Shown here in pieces: positions 1 through 9,700 of a DNA stretch of 49,071 bases. Position 1 is the stretch's first letter; each line of letters begins with the position of its first letter. A model generated the notes under the pieces. That model saw only the letters and a program-made list of their open reading frames with translations. It ran no database searches and had not been told where the DNA came from. The DNA is from a virus. The position numbers and the translations under genes are program-made. Where the stretch lies: IMG/VR virus record IMGVR_UViG_3300025018_002313; one strand, written 5' to 3'.

Positions 1-25
1 CGTAAATCATATATCTCCATATAAG

Positions 26-110
26 TGGTAGTCGTGGAGGGATTCGAACCCTCAAGCTAAAAAGCGTGGCATTTTAAGTGCCATGAGTTTGCCAATTTCT
101 CCACACGACC
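26..110 (-). tRNA. tRNA-Leu: tRNA-Leu (anticodon UAA), class II with long variable arm, encoded CCA
   Basis: The reverse complement reads GGTCGTG-TG-GAG-AAATTGGCAAA-CTC-A-TGGCA-CTTAAAA-TGCCA-(variable arm)-GAGGG-TTCGAAT-CCCTC-CACGACT-A-CCA. The 7-bp acceptor stem has a G1-U72 wobble pair. The anticodon loop is CTTAAAA, so the anticodon is TAA. A canonical GGTTCGAATCC T-arm is present. Folded by hand, not by software. Confidence 0.8.
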
Positions 111-176
111 ATCTATGCATTCTTTTTTTCTTCAAAGAATGTTTATATTATATGTATTCAAATGTCAAAGATCAAT

Positions 177-207
177 AAAAAAACCCCGGCCTTTTGGACC
201 GGGGTTC
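177..207 (-). terminator. rho-independent terminator (minus-strand orientation) separating the accessory operon from the tRNA
   Basis: The stem CCCCGGCC..GGACCGGGG (183-203) is flanked by an A-run on the plus strand. Read on the minus strand this is hairpin followed by a TTTTTT tract. Confidence 0.7.
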
Positions 208-348
208 TAACTAAATTTATTTAGATAGTTCACACCGGTCTGCGTGGTAGATGCCACAACGAACTGGATGATAAACTCTCTAATATATTTCTCATATAAA
301 TAATTATGCCTTCAGATAATAAAAAATCAACGTATTTTAAAAATATTT

Positions 349-540
349 TTAAGTATTTGTTCCATATGTAATAAACACTGTAATATAAGAACCACAATCT
401 ATATATGTTACGTCATTTTTAGTCCAATCAGTTCCAATATTTGTTATAGCATCCTGCATAATACTGGATAAGGAAGCCATATAAGTTAATGTATCGATTG
501 GATTCTTTAGAAACCCTCTACAATATGTTTTTACTGCCAT
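349..540 (-). CDS. hypothetical small protein (63 aa)
   Basis: ORF with a GGAGAG Shine-Dalgarno 6 nt upstream of the ATG. Last gene before the terminator. No recognisable motif. Confidence 0.45.
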   Translation of the reverse strand: MAVKTYCRGFLKNPIDTLTYMASLSSIMQDAITNIGTDWTKNDVTYIDCGSYITVFITYGTNT

Positions 541-554
541 TTTCTCTCCTGTAA

Positions 555-833
555 CTATTTATCTACTACAATAGTACTTTTTTTAATTCTCGTGGTCTTG
601 GTGCCTGTTAAAAATTCCCATAATGATTTACGCTCTTTAGTATCTTCTAATTTCATATCAATAATTTGGTTCTGTAAATCATTAACTTTATACATTGCTG
701 TTGTTAGATTCTCGTTGGTTCTATTTACTTCTTCTATTAAACTTCTATTAACTATATTCAATTGCGCTATGTCTTTCGACATAGCTTCTAATATACTTTC
801 AATACTCTTTCCTTCAATTTCTATTCTTACCAT
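555..833 (-). CDS. hypothetical coiled-coil protein (92 aa)
   Basis: ORF with heptad-like charged and hydrophobic periodicity. Its start overlaps the stop of the upstream GT2 gene by a few nucleotides, which suggests translational coupling. Confidence 0.5.
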   Translation of the reverse strand: MVRIEIEGKSIESILEAMSKDIAQLNIVNRSLIEEVNRTNENLTTAMYKVNDLQNQIIDMKLEDTKERKSLWEFLTGTKTTRIKKSTIVVDK

Positions 834-1615
834 AATATTATTCTCCCATTCTCTGCTTTTACAGGTTGGTTCAGTGTGTGATGAGTAGTATTTGGATTTC
901 TGAGAGCTGTTTTTACTTTCATCTGTAATTTTTTAGTTTGTTCATCTTCTTGGTTTTTATAAAATTCTCTTCTTTGATCAACTACAATATCTCCATTGGA
1001 GAACTTATCTTTAAATAATTTTGTTTGAGGGTGCCATTGATGAAAAATAGTTAAATTATCGTTAGTAACAACTTCATATTTTTCTCTAATAGTTTTTACA
1101 TAATCTGTATCTTCAAAGCCATGCTTCCAATATTCTGGCCAACCACCTGATTCTAAAAAAGTCTTCTTTGTCATAAACACATTACCACCTCCATGGTGAA
1201 TAATTTGCTTACCATTATCAACTTCATATAGAACTGTTGGATAATAAACTTTACTATCATCTACCATATTAAGTCCGTATTGTATCACTTCTCGGTTAAT
1301 TATCATATCTGCATCTATAAAGAAGATATACTCTCCATTACACTGTGATGCTGCTATGTTCCTTCCTTTTCCAGCAGAGAAACCTACATCACACTGTACA
1401 TCTATTAAATGAATATCAATCATCGGAAGCATCGATTCTAGCCATGTCTCCAGCGGCCAATCAGTTGATTCCCAATCAGCTATTATCAACTCAACCTCTG
1501 AATTTAATGATAGTGATGATGCAATAGATTCAATACAGTTTGGAAACGGATATATAAAACCTCTATCTGTATGAATCTTGGAACGATTCTTTATAGTTGT
1601 ACATATCGATAGCAT
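827..1615 (-). CDS. family-2 (GT-A fold) glycosyltransferase
   Basis: N-terminal 'SICTTIKNRS' resembles the GT2 'S-x-P-x-NR/E' motif. 'ELIIADWESTD' and 'FFIDADMI' look like DxD metal/sugar-binding motifs. Size 262 aa. Confidence 0.6.
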   Translation of the reverse strand: MLSICTTIKNRSKIHTDRGFIYPFPNCIESIASSLSLNSEVELIIADWESTDWPLETWLESMLPMIDIHLIDVQCDVGFSAGKGRNIAASQCNGEYIFFIDADMIINREVIQYGLNMVDDSKVYYPTVLYEVDNGKQIIHHGGGNVFMTKKTFLESGGWPEYWKHGFEDTDYVKTIREKYEVVTNDNLTIFHQWHPQTKLFKDKFSNGDIVVDQRREFYKNQEDEQTKKLQMKVKTALRNPNTTHHTLNQPVKAENGRIILW

Positions 1616-1654
1616 ATCAATACTTTATCACATTAAAAAATAAAGCAAATGCTA

Positions 1655-3559
1655 TTAGGTATCAATCTGCCACAGTGGAATAAGTCTTTCTCCTAGTGTG
1701 GTATTTATTAGTAGGAACTCTCCATCAAACACAGTGCTTGCAGGTGATGTGATAGTTGATGTAAATGTTATGTCATCTAATGTTAACGTAGTTCCTGTTA
1801 TATTAGGATTAATTGTTAGAGGGCTCGCTGGTGTACCGTTCCCGTTGATTGTATCATCCGTAGATACCAGTGAAAGATAATTCCCAGCTGGAGATGCAAC
1901 CTGAGATCTTCCGGTTCCTGTTATATCCTCAACTTCAATTAGCGTCCAGTTTGAACTTTGATATTTAAGAATAATTCTACCAATAAAAACACTTTCTGGT
2001 GTTAATACCGGTAATCCATTTCTTAGATCTAACGGTGATAGTGATTGTTCTTCTGATAAGGATGCACTTTGTGATTGTCCTTGAACAAATATAAATCTAT
2101 GCTTCTGTGATTCAACATCAGCAGCCATTGGAACAGCAACAATCCAAACACTCATAAAGTCATTATTTGACATTGGTGTTTGTGTCCAGATTGTTCCATT
2201 GAACTGATTATAGTATGGTTGATTTCCATTCAATGGAACAATATCATCTGATGTTCCGAATACTCCAACGCCAGTTGAACCAGAAAGCCAGAATTGTGTA
2301 TAGGGGCCGCTTGCTAATGCTGGATTGATTGTTGGTAGATCTTCATCATATATAAGTGCTTCACTAATTGTTGGTCTTCTATTTGCTACAGTGGTGGAAT
2401 TAAGAGTATAATTGCTTAGGGTTCCACCTGTTTGTCTGTATGTACCAATAACTTCATGAAATTCTCTATGAGTAGTATGCTGCATGACACTGTGACATTC
2501 TCTCTGATATACCCAACCACTTGCATTATGGAATGTCCAACAGATTAATAAGTTTTTATAAAAATCGGATGCTAGGGTAGCTGAATCATTCCAAGAAATA
2601 GAATTGCCATCATAATACAGGAAGTATCTTTTTGTTGGGTCATCAGTATGAACAGGAGATGTCCAACCAGATGATAAAACTGGAACTAATGTTCCTTGAT
2701 AGTATGCCTTAACTGTTCCTGTTAGAGTTATTGTTCTGCTTGCTGAATCTCCAGTTACAATAACATCCTCCGGAGCAATAAATCCAGTTGGATCTTCACT
2801 ATCAGAAAGTATTGTTCTAGGAACATAATCATTGATGTTATAATCAAAATCAAAATAATCAGCTCCCTCGTGCCATACGGGAAATTGTCCAGTAGTTGAT
2901 AGTGCGGTTCCATTTACATCAGATAGTTCTTCTAATGTATAATGACGTTCTAGGGTTACAAGAATTGAGCCTAGAGTTGAATGAACAACGCCAACGGTTC
3001 CGACAATATCAGCATGGTGCGGTTCTGTTGGTTCGATATTAGTTAATTGACCAGCAACATCTTTGGATACATATAACAAATCCCCTTCTGCCCATGTAGT
3101 ACCCCAAATTCCAGACCCTGTATAATTTGTTTTTATTTTACGAACATACCCGAATGTTGTGATATAACCAAAGTCATTAGCTGTTATGTCTTTTGTACAG
3201 ACACCAACAACCCTGCATGTCAGTGGGGCATCAGCCTTTGCTAATCTAACATCTGGATATGCCCCTGTTCTGCCAGAAAGATAAACAACTTGTCCATTAG
3301 CAATATCTTCATTGGCTCGAACTTTAACAAACATCTCTTGACCAAGCTGCATTTGGATCTCGCCACCATCAAGACCGAGATCAAGTGTACCATCTGTTTC
3401 ATTCCATGCTAATTGACCTTCTTCAACGATGGATTCTGATGTGAGATTAAATTGTAGAGTTGGGAGTGTTAGATTCCCGTCCATTGTGCTTCCTGCTACA
3501 CCAACAAATCTCTCATCTGCTTGTACTTTTGAATACCCGTTTTTATATGTTGCTGCCAT
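1655..3559 (-). CDS. tail-fiber-like structural protein (634 aa), Asn/Thr/Gly-rich
   Basis: Long ORF with fiber-like composition and an 'MAATYKNGYSK...' N-terminus. A SD-equipped subtilase gene sits immediately upstream of it. No catalytic motif seen. Confidence 0.55.
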   Translation of the reverse strand: MAATYKNGYSKVQADERFVGVAGSTMDGNLTLPTLQFNLTSESIVEEGQLAWNETDGTLDLGLDGGEIQMQLGQEMFVKVRANEDIANGQVVYLSGRTGAYPDVRLAKADAPLTCRVVGVCTKDITANDFGYITTFGYVRKIKTNYTGSGIWGTTWAEGDLLYVSKDVAGQLTNIEPTEPHHADIVGTVGVVHSTLGSILVTLERHYTLEELSDVNGTALSTTGQFPVWHEGADYFDFDYNINDYVPRTILSDSEDPTGFIAPEDVIVTGDSASRTITLTGTVKAYYQGTLVPVLSSGWTSPVHTDDPTKRYFLYYDGNSISWNDSATLASDFYKNLLICWTFHNASGWVYQRECHSVMQHTTHREFHEVIGTYRQTGGTLSNYTLNSTTVANRRPTISEALIYDEDLPTINPALASGPYTQFWLSGSTGVGVFGTSDDIVPLNGNQPYYNQFNGTIWTQTPMSNNDFMSVWIVAVPMAADVESQKHRFIFVQGQSQSASLSEEQSLSPLDLRNGLPVLTPESVFIGRIILKYQSSNWTLIEVEDITGTGRSQVASPAGNYLSLVSTDDTINGNGTPASPLTINPNITGTTLTLDDITFTSTITSPASTVFDGEFLLINTTLGERLIPLWQIDT

Positions 3560-3567
3560 CTATTCTC

Positions 3568-4596
3568 CTAATTCCACCATGACCATAAAACTTTACGAGC
3601 AACCTTCCTTAACCATCCTAGTATCCCTGTAGGCTCTGTCTTCGGTATTGATATAATTGGCTCATCAGCCCCGCTACTGAAAATCAACTTCTCTGGATCA
3701 ATTACTCCATATCCCCAAATCGCATCTTTACCGACAATACCTTTGTCATCGGCATATTTAATTAGATGCTCTTTAATTTGTTCAATTGTTTTGCAGTCGT
3801 TCATTCCAGTTTCTGCTTCTTGCTTGCGATGTTTAGCCAATAAGAGAGCAACCAGTCCTGTAATGAAAGGTGTAGCCATTGATGTTCCACTTAGTTTAGC
3901 GTATTGATTATTCAAGTATGTTGAGTATATATCAACACCCGGAGCACTAAAATCTACCATGGAACCAGTACTGTTAAATCTTGCAGGATTACCTTTTGAA
4001 TCGAACGCTGTAACACAAATAGTTTCTGGGTATTTACCTGGATAATTAACTGCATCACTACGACCATCATTACCCGCGGCACAGATTACTGGAATATTTA
4101 GTTTGTATAGTTCTTTAATTGGATCATGTAGAACAGACTTATCAACCGGCGCACCCAGACTCATCGATACTATATCCGGTTTTGTACGTATAGCATATTT
4201 TAATCCATTTGCTATTTCCTCATACGTTCCACCACCACTATCACCCAATACACGAACAGTAACTATAGTGCACTTTGGTGCTACTCCAACCATTCCGATG
4301 TCGTTATGTCTTGCTCCGATAATACCACAGACATGAGTGCTATGACCATTACCATCCATAATAGTAGATTCACCTTCAATACAGTTTCTACTATCTTTCT
4401 TGTTCATTGCTCCGATTAAATCTGTATGATCAGTAAAGCCAGTATCTAACACCATCACAACAATATCTTCCCCTTCTGTAATAGTCCATGTCTTAGGAAC
4501 ATTTAGCTGTCTTATTCCCCAGTCTTCTACTTGAGATAATGTAGTTACTACATGTTCAACTTTAAACGGTGGTAAAAATATATCTGGATGTCTCAT
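3568..4596 (-). CDS. S8 subtilisin-like serine peptidase
   Basis: Catalytic triad motifs in order: 'VMVLDTGFTDHTDL' (Asp), 'GNGHSTHVCGIIGA' (His) and 'GTSMATPFITGLVA' (Ser). Start moved from the track ORF (4698) to the internal Met at 4596, which has an AAGGAG SD 5 nt upstream and removes a 94-nt overlap with the upstream gene. Confidence 0.8.
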   Translation of the reverse strand: MRHPDIFLPPFKVEHVVTTLSQVEDWGIRQLNVPKTWTITEGEDIVVMVLDTGFTDHTDLIGAMNKKDSRNCIEGESTIMDGNGHSTHVCGIIGARHNDIGMVGVAPKCTIVTVRVLGDSGGGTYEEIANGLKYAIRTKPDIVSMSLGAPVDKSVLHDPIKELYKLNIPVICAAGNDGRSDAVNYPGKYPETICVTAFDSKGNPARFNSTGSMVDFSAPGVDIYSTYLNNQYAKLSGTSMATPFITGLVALLLAKHRKQEAETGMNDCKTIEQIKEHLIKYADDKGIVGKDAIWGYGVIDPEKLIFSSGADEPIISIPKTEPTGILGWLRKVARKVLWSWWN

Positions 4597-4604
4597 TTCA
4601 CTCC

Positions 4605-5000
4605 TTATAGTAATTTTGCTATTGCAGATATTAATGCACTTAATGGTTTGAAAAATATAATTATAATAACTAAAGTAACTATTACTCCTGGAAACCAATG
4701 CATTATAAATTTTTTAGTCCATTGCGACCACGAAAGATTTTCTGTTCTTAGTTTTAAACTGTTTATAACTTCTTTATCTTCTTCATTTTGTTTAGCCATA
4801 CTCTCAAGAGTCGATTCAAGTTTTTCGATTGATTGTGATAGTACTCTAATCGCCCAGACAATACTCTCTTGTGGATTACCATTACCAAACAACACTGTAT
4901 GATGGCTCGTAACACGGCCATTAAGTTCTTCCAGCGCCCTCTGTATTAACGCGAGAGTAACAACAATCTGTTCTTCTTTATCTTTGGACTGAATTGCCAT
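4605..5000 (-). CDS. C-terminally membrane-anchored helical protein (131 aa)
   Basis: Charged helical N-terminal region followed by one strongly hydrophobic C-terminal segment, 'WFPGVIVTLVIIIIFF'. TAATG stop/start overlap with the cupin gene. Confidence 0.5.
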   Translation of the reverse strand: MAIQSKDKEEQIVVTLALIQRALEELNGRVTSHHTVLFGNGNPQESIVWAIRVLSQSIEKLESTLESMAKQNEEDKEVINSLKLRTENLSWSQWTKKFIMHWFPGVIVTLVIIIIFFKPLSALISAIAKLL

Positions 5001-5479
5001 TACTTTGCTCCTCTCTTAGGGGCTGGCCACGCCTTATCAGCAGGTAATACTGCTACTACTATTTCTGTCTCAACATCTACATCAGATGTAATAAAATGAG
5101 GTACATTAGGCTCGATATAGCAAATATCACCCGGCTTGAGCGTCATAGTTATATTACCTTCTTTTAGTACTGTTATCGATCCTTTTATTACACTAAATAT
5201 TTCTGCAACATTATGTGTATGCTTTTCTAATTCTGTATCTGGTGCAAAAAATGTTCTTGCTACTGCAATGTCTTTTATCTTTAATAGCCCGTATGTATGA
5301 ATGTGACCTCTCTTGGTAGGAATATCATATTCATCTTTAGTTCCATCATCATTTATATTTTTTACTATTTGTGCATAGTCAATACAAAACTGTGAACTCA
5401 ATTTCTCAATTGCTTCATTAATATAATCCAATTTAATTTCTTTAGGATTAGTATTCTTATGTGTTAGATCAAACGTCAT
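5000..5479 (-). CDS. cupin-fold (double-stranded beta-helix) metal-binding protein
   Basis: Both cupin motifs are present: 'HTHNVAEIFSVIKG' (H-x-H-x3-E-x6-G) and 'KPGDICYIEPNVPHF' (P-x-G-x5-P-x3-H). Confidence 0.5.
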   Translation of the reverse strand: MTFDLTHKNTNPKEIKLDYINEAIEKLSSQFCIDYAQIVKNINDDGTKDEYDIPTKRGHIHTYGLLKIKDIAVARTFFAPDTELEKHTHNVAEIFSVIKGSITVLKEGNITMTLKPGDICYIEPNVPHFITSDVDVETEIVVAVLPADKAWPAPKRGAK

Positions 5480-5487
5480 TTTTGGTC

Positions 5488-5958
5488 CTAAATAGTGTAA
5501 TGATTAAATACGCGAATATCTGAATCAGTTGAGCCATCAGAGACCAACCATATTCCAGATGTCTCTCTTTCAATAGAATAATATGTACCAGGCTCTACTA
5601 CCATGCCGTTAGCTGTGATTGCTTGAGCTGTTGTCGCAGAGTAGTATAGATAGATATTATTTGTACTTTTATTATAAATCTCAATCAGTGATGATCTATT
5701 TACAAAAACAAGAGGATAAACAGTTGCTGGAGATGAAATAAACGAATGTACTTCATTTTCGTTTGGTACTTGTGTCTCTACAGTTGCACCACTTAGTGTT
5801 GGTGAGTTTACTTGGTATGTTAATAGTGCATATCTACCACGAGATGCAGATAAAGTTTGCATAGTCATACCAAATCTCTGAAGTTCTTCACTTGTCAAGA
5901 CGGTAAATTTACCACGCTCTGCTTCTGCGCATGCAAACCTAGTATTAAAATTCGGCAT
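5488..5958 (-). CDS. hypothetical protein (156 aa), first gene of the accessory operon
   Basis: ORF with AAAGGAGAAAA SD. It is preceded on the minus strand by the repeated 18-mer promoter-like element and an upstream terminator. Confidence 0.55.
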   Translation of the reverse strand: MPNFNTRFACAEAERGKFTVLTSEELQRFGMTMQTLSASRGRYALLTYQVNSPTLSGATVETQVPNENEVHSFISSPATVYPLVFVNRSSLIEIYNKSTNNIYLYYSATTAQAITANGMVVEPGTYYSIERETSGIWLVSDGSTDSDIRVFNHYTI

Positions 5959-6041
5959 TTTTCTCCTTTCACGAGCTATTTGCTGGCGATTTTTATCGCG
6001 GGAACTTCTCAGTTCCGGGTCTACGACCGGGTACTTGGATC

Positions 6042-6059
6042 TTTTAAATATTTAGTCAA
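6042..6059 (-). promoter_or_regulatory. copy 1 of the exact 18-mer TTTTAAATATTTAGTCAA (minus strand TTGACTAAATATTTAAAA), a promoter-like element
   Basis: Identical 18-mer to 38318..38335. Both copies lie just downstream, in the minus-strand sense, of a terminator and 20-100 nt upstream of a minus-strand start codon. Contains the palindrome TAAATATTTA and a TTGACT hexamer. Confidence 0.5.
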
Positions 6060-6074
6060 CTCAGATACAAAGAA

Positions 6075-6114
6075 CAAAAAAAGCCGATAGATTTTAGGTC
6101 TATCGGCTTTTTTA
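6075..6114. terminator. bidirectional rho-independent terminator
   Basis: Stem AGCCGATAGA / TCTATCGGCT with a 7-nt loop, flanked by AAAAAAA on one side and TTTTTT on the other. Confidence 0.75.
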
Positions 6115-6129
6115 TTGAAATTTTGAATT

Positions 6130-6690
6130 TTATGTAAACTCTGTAATCGTCTTAGCAACAAAAGGATCGGCTTCTAACATGGTTATTCCAAACATAGATG
6201 AACTCCAACCACTTCTATAAAAATAATAATATCCTGTTGTTATGCTTGAATCAGTGAATATGCCAGACCCAATAGAAGTAGGTGCATTTCCTCTAAATAT
6301 TGCACCGTCTGTAAAACTAGAACACAAAACAAATGCACCATCACCAATACTTGTTACAGAACTACCTATTGTTAAAGTACCATCAAATCCAGAACAATTA
6401 GCAAATGCCCCGTAACCAATACTTGTTACAGAATTAGGAATTACCAAAGAACCTGTAAGTCCGGCGCATTCGCTAAATGCAACTTCTCCAATAGTTAATA
6501 AATTAGTTGCACCTGACATATCCAATGAAGTGATATTAGTATCTTGATAAAATGCATAATCATCAATACCAACAACATTATGCCCTGCGCCATCATCAGC
6601 AGGGATTACTACTGCTCCGTCACCTAAATTACTATATCCTGATACATATGCATTTGAGCCATCTATTCTATATATTAATGTTACAGCCAT
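6130..6690 (-). CDS. BspA-type leucine-rich-repeat protein (186 aa)
   Basis: Repeating ~23-residue units such as 'IPNSVTSIGYGAFANCSGFDGTLTIGSSVTSIGDGAFVLCSSF', typical of BspA-like LRR. AAAGGAGAATAAACA-ATG RBS. Immediately downstream of the giant repeat fiber. Confidence 0.6.
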   Translation of the reverse strand: MAVTLIYRIDGSNAYVSGYSNLGDGAVVIPADDGAGHNVVGIDDYAFYQDTNITSLDMSGATNLLTIGEVAFSECAGLTGSLVIPNSVTSIGYGAFANCSGFDGTLTIGSSVTSIGDGAFVLCSSFTDGAIFRGNAPTSIGSGIFTDSSITTGYYYFYRSGWSSSMFGITMLEADPFVAKTITEFT

Positions 6691-6704
6691 TGTTTATTCT
6701 CCTT

Positions 6705-9700
6705 TTATGCAAATTCAGTTGTTACCCAAGTTTTCCGACCGGTCGTAATATGCCATTGGTCTGGTAACATCAAATCAAGTTTAACAGATGCAAATGGCTG
6801 GCTTCCTGGATCAGCGGAAGGTCCACTATAAATAGATGCACCATATGCAGAATCATCAATTCTTTGTGAATCGCCAGCAACAACAGACAATTTAACCCCT
6901 GTTGTAAACTTGCTGAATGTATAATATGTTCCTAGGTCGTCAAATGTGACATCAGGTAGCACAAATGCAATCGAAGACAATGCATTACTTGAAACACAGA
7001 ATGTTGTGCTTGATTGCGTTACATCGACATTATATGGTGTTGTATCAACTATAACAACCGAAGGTTTAACCCATTTACTACTATTCGATTGAACAGTAGT
7101 AAATGTTGAATTCCAATTACCGGATGAAGCTTGTATCTCTGTTATGTTAGTACTACCAATACCAGTCAAATAAGACCCGTCACCGAAAAATGCGGTTGCG
7201 CTAATATTATTAGCGCTCAACGTTCCTGTACTTATCCACTCTCCGCGAAGTACATTTGGACCGGGTGTTATTACTCCACTGGTTCGACCGAGATGTACCT
7301 GTCCATCATTAATATAAATCGCGTCACCTTTAGCATCATGACTTCCAGGATCAACTGTACCATAATTATCTATAAACAACTGCGGTGATCCTGCTAAATT
7401 TGGAGCACCTCTACCTGCCCAATACCCTACCGCAATAGAGTTATCTGCTGTACTATAAGCTCCAGCCCATGCACCAATATATGTTGATTGAGATATGCCA
7501 GGACCTGCATAATATCCGGCTTGATATCCAAAAACATCAACGTCTTGCCCTGATAATCCTTCTCCAGCCTTATAGCCAACAATAGAATTTGCTGAATCAA
7601 CGACAACAGCATTTAAGAGAGCGTTAGTACCAAAATATTGCCCTTGTACTATATTTGTACCTGTTCGTAAATCATTGCTAACAACAATCTCTTCACTTGC
7701 ATTTGATGAAATAATTGCACCAGACTCAAATTTAATCGAACTATTACCAACATAGATTGTATCTGCACTAAGAACTCTTGTAGTTATGATATCAGCACTA
7801 AGGAATGGAGTAATGATCATATCTGCATTAAGAGTGTCAGCACTTAACCCACCAGTTACATTCCAATCTCCTCTTAATACTCCATTTTCTCCGAGTACAA
7901 CCCCGTTGGCGGCACTAACAGTAAACTGGTCGCTTGTCGTTGATGATACAGCTGCTGTAAATGAACTCCATACGAATGTTCTACTATGAACTGCTTCTGC
8001 ATTTAGACCTGCTGCATGTGATATGGCACCTGAAGCTACTGTACTCGCTCCCTCTGAGTGAGACGTACTACCGGATGCTATCGTAGCTTGGCCTTCTGCA
8101 TGAGCCTGGCTGCTACTGGCGTAATTTCCAACACCTTCGACATGAGATCCCTGACCGGATGCTGTATTCGATTGACCTTCTGCATGGGCATATAGTCCCG
8201 TCGCGTGATTTAAACTACCTTCTACATGTGTATAGTCATTTGTCGCTTCGTTCAATCCACCCTCTGCATGGGCACAGTGTCCTGTTACATTATTTACAAT
8301 ACCTTCTGCGTGTGATCTCCGACCAGTTACAGTGTTCTCTCGTCCCTCTACATGAGAACATAACCCTGTAGATGTAATATTGTTTCTATATCCTTCAGCA
8401 TGAGACCAATCACCAGATGCTAGGTTATAACCGCCTTGTGCGTGAGACATTACCCCTGTTGCAGATACACCAATACCGAATGCGAACGACCCAGAACCTG
8501 AAGCAATCACAGTGTATCCTGAGCTATCAGGAATATAACCACCAGCAAATGCTCCATCTCCTTGCGCTATAATATCAGCTGATACTGATGCATTAAATCC
8601 TTGAGCATGAGAGCCAGGCCCGGATGCTGTTGTTCGGTATCCTTCTGCATGTGATGCTATTGCGATAGCCGAAGTAAAGTGTCCTTCAGTGTGTGATTCG
8701 TTACCGCTTGCTCTTGTTTCATTTCCTTGCGCGTGTGATGCGTTTCCAATAGCTAAAGTACCGTACCCCTCAGCATGAGATTGTTGACCACTTGCTATTG
8801 TTTGCTCTCCTTCTGCATGAGCGTGTATATTGGATGCAAGCGTCAACCAGCCCTCTGCATGTGCATTTGCGCCTGTTGCAGATGTTTGCCATCCTTCAGC
8901 ATGAGCAGCATTACCAGATGCTATTGTACCTCTACCTTCTGCATGCGAGCCGCTTCCGGATGCAAGTGTATTCTCACCAGGTTCAACATACCCCTCCGCA
9001 TGAGATCCGTACCCTGTTGCTGATATAGAAGCGTGTGCGGTAAATGGTGTTGTTAATAGAGCACCCTCCGCATGTGATCCAGCGCCTTGGGCGCCTATTA
9101 CACCGTTGGCTTTAGCATATCCCTCCGCGTGAGATCCTTCACCTCTAGCAATCTTAAATCCATTATTCGCTATGCCACCGGCTGATCCCTCTGCATGTGC
9201 ACCATCACCAGCTGCTATATTTCCATATTCACCACCAGGTACGTATCCCTCTGCATGTGCTCCAATGCCTGTTGCTATATTTCTATGGCCTTCTGCATGT
9301 GATGCGTATCCGTGTGCATAATTAGTAGAGCCCTCTGAGTGAGAATATGAACCATATGCTGTTGTTACTTCACCTTCTGCATGTGAGGCTTCTCCTTGAG
9401 CTATCGTTTGACTTCCTTCAGCATGAGCAGCATTACCAGATGCCAAAGTATAGCCGCCTTGTGCATGTGAAAATAAACCAATAGCAGATGTCGCGTTGCC
9501 CTCTGTATGAGAACCACGTCCTGATGCTACAGTGCTATCGCCCTCCGCGTGTGAATTATATCCTTGTGCTCTAGTTAAAATGCCCTCAGAATGTGCTGCT
9601 GTTAACCCGACAAAAGTGCTATCACCCTCAGCATGTGAGTAGCTCGCGAGACTGGATGCATATGTATTAATACCTTCTGTGTGTGTTGCAATTCCTTGTG

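Noticed and set aside
592-888. Plus-strand ORFs lying antisense to long minus-strand genes. Examples are 592..888, 1345..1527, 4103..4336, 7131..7388, 8775..9023, 8792..9028, 20145..20339, 25494..25817 and 39609..40145.
   Set aside because: All are embedded in much longer, motif-bearing minus-strand genes. They have low-complexity or Cys/His-rich translations typical of antisense reading of AT-rich repeats, and they lack SD sequences.
5857-6090. Plus-strand 77-aa ORF spanning the 5959..6130 intergenic region, and hairpins at 5975..6030 that looked tRNA-like
   Set aside because: No acceptor or T-arm could be folded. The region is better explained as a 5' UTR with small stem-loops, the 18-mer element and a terminator.
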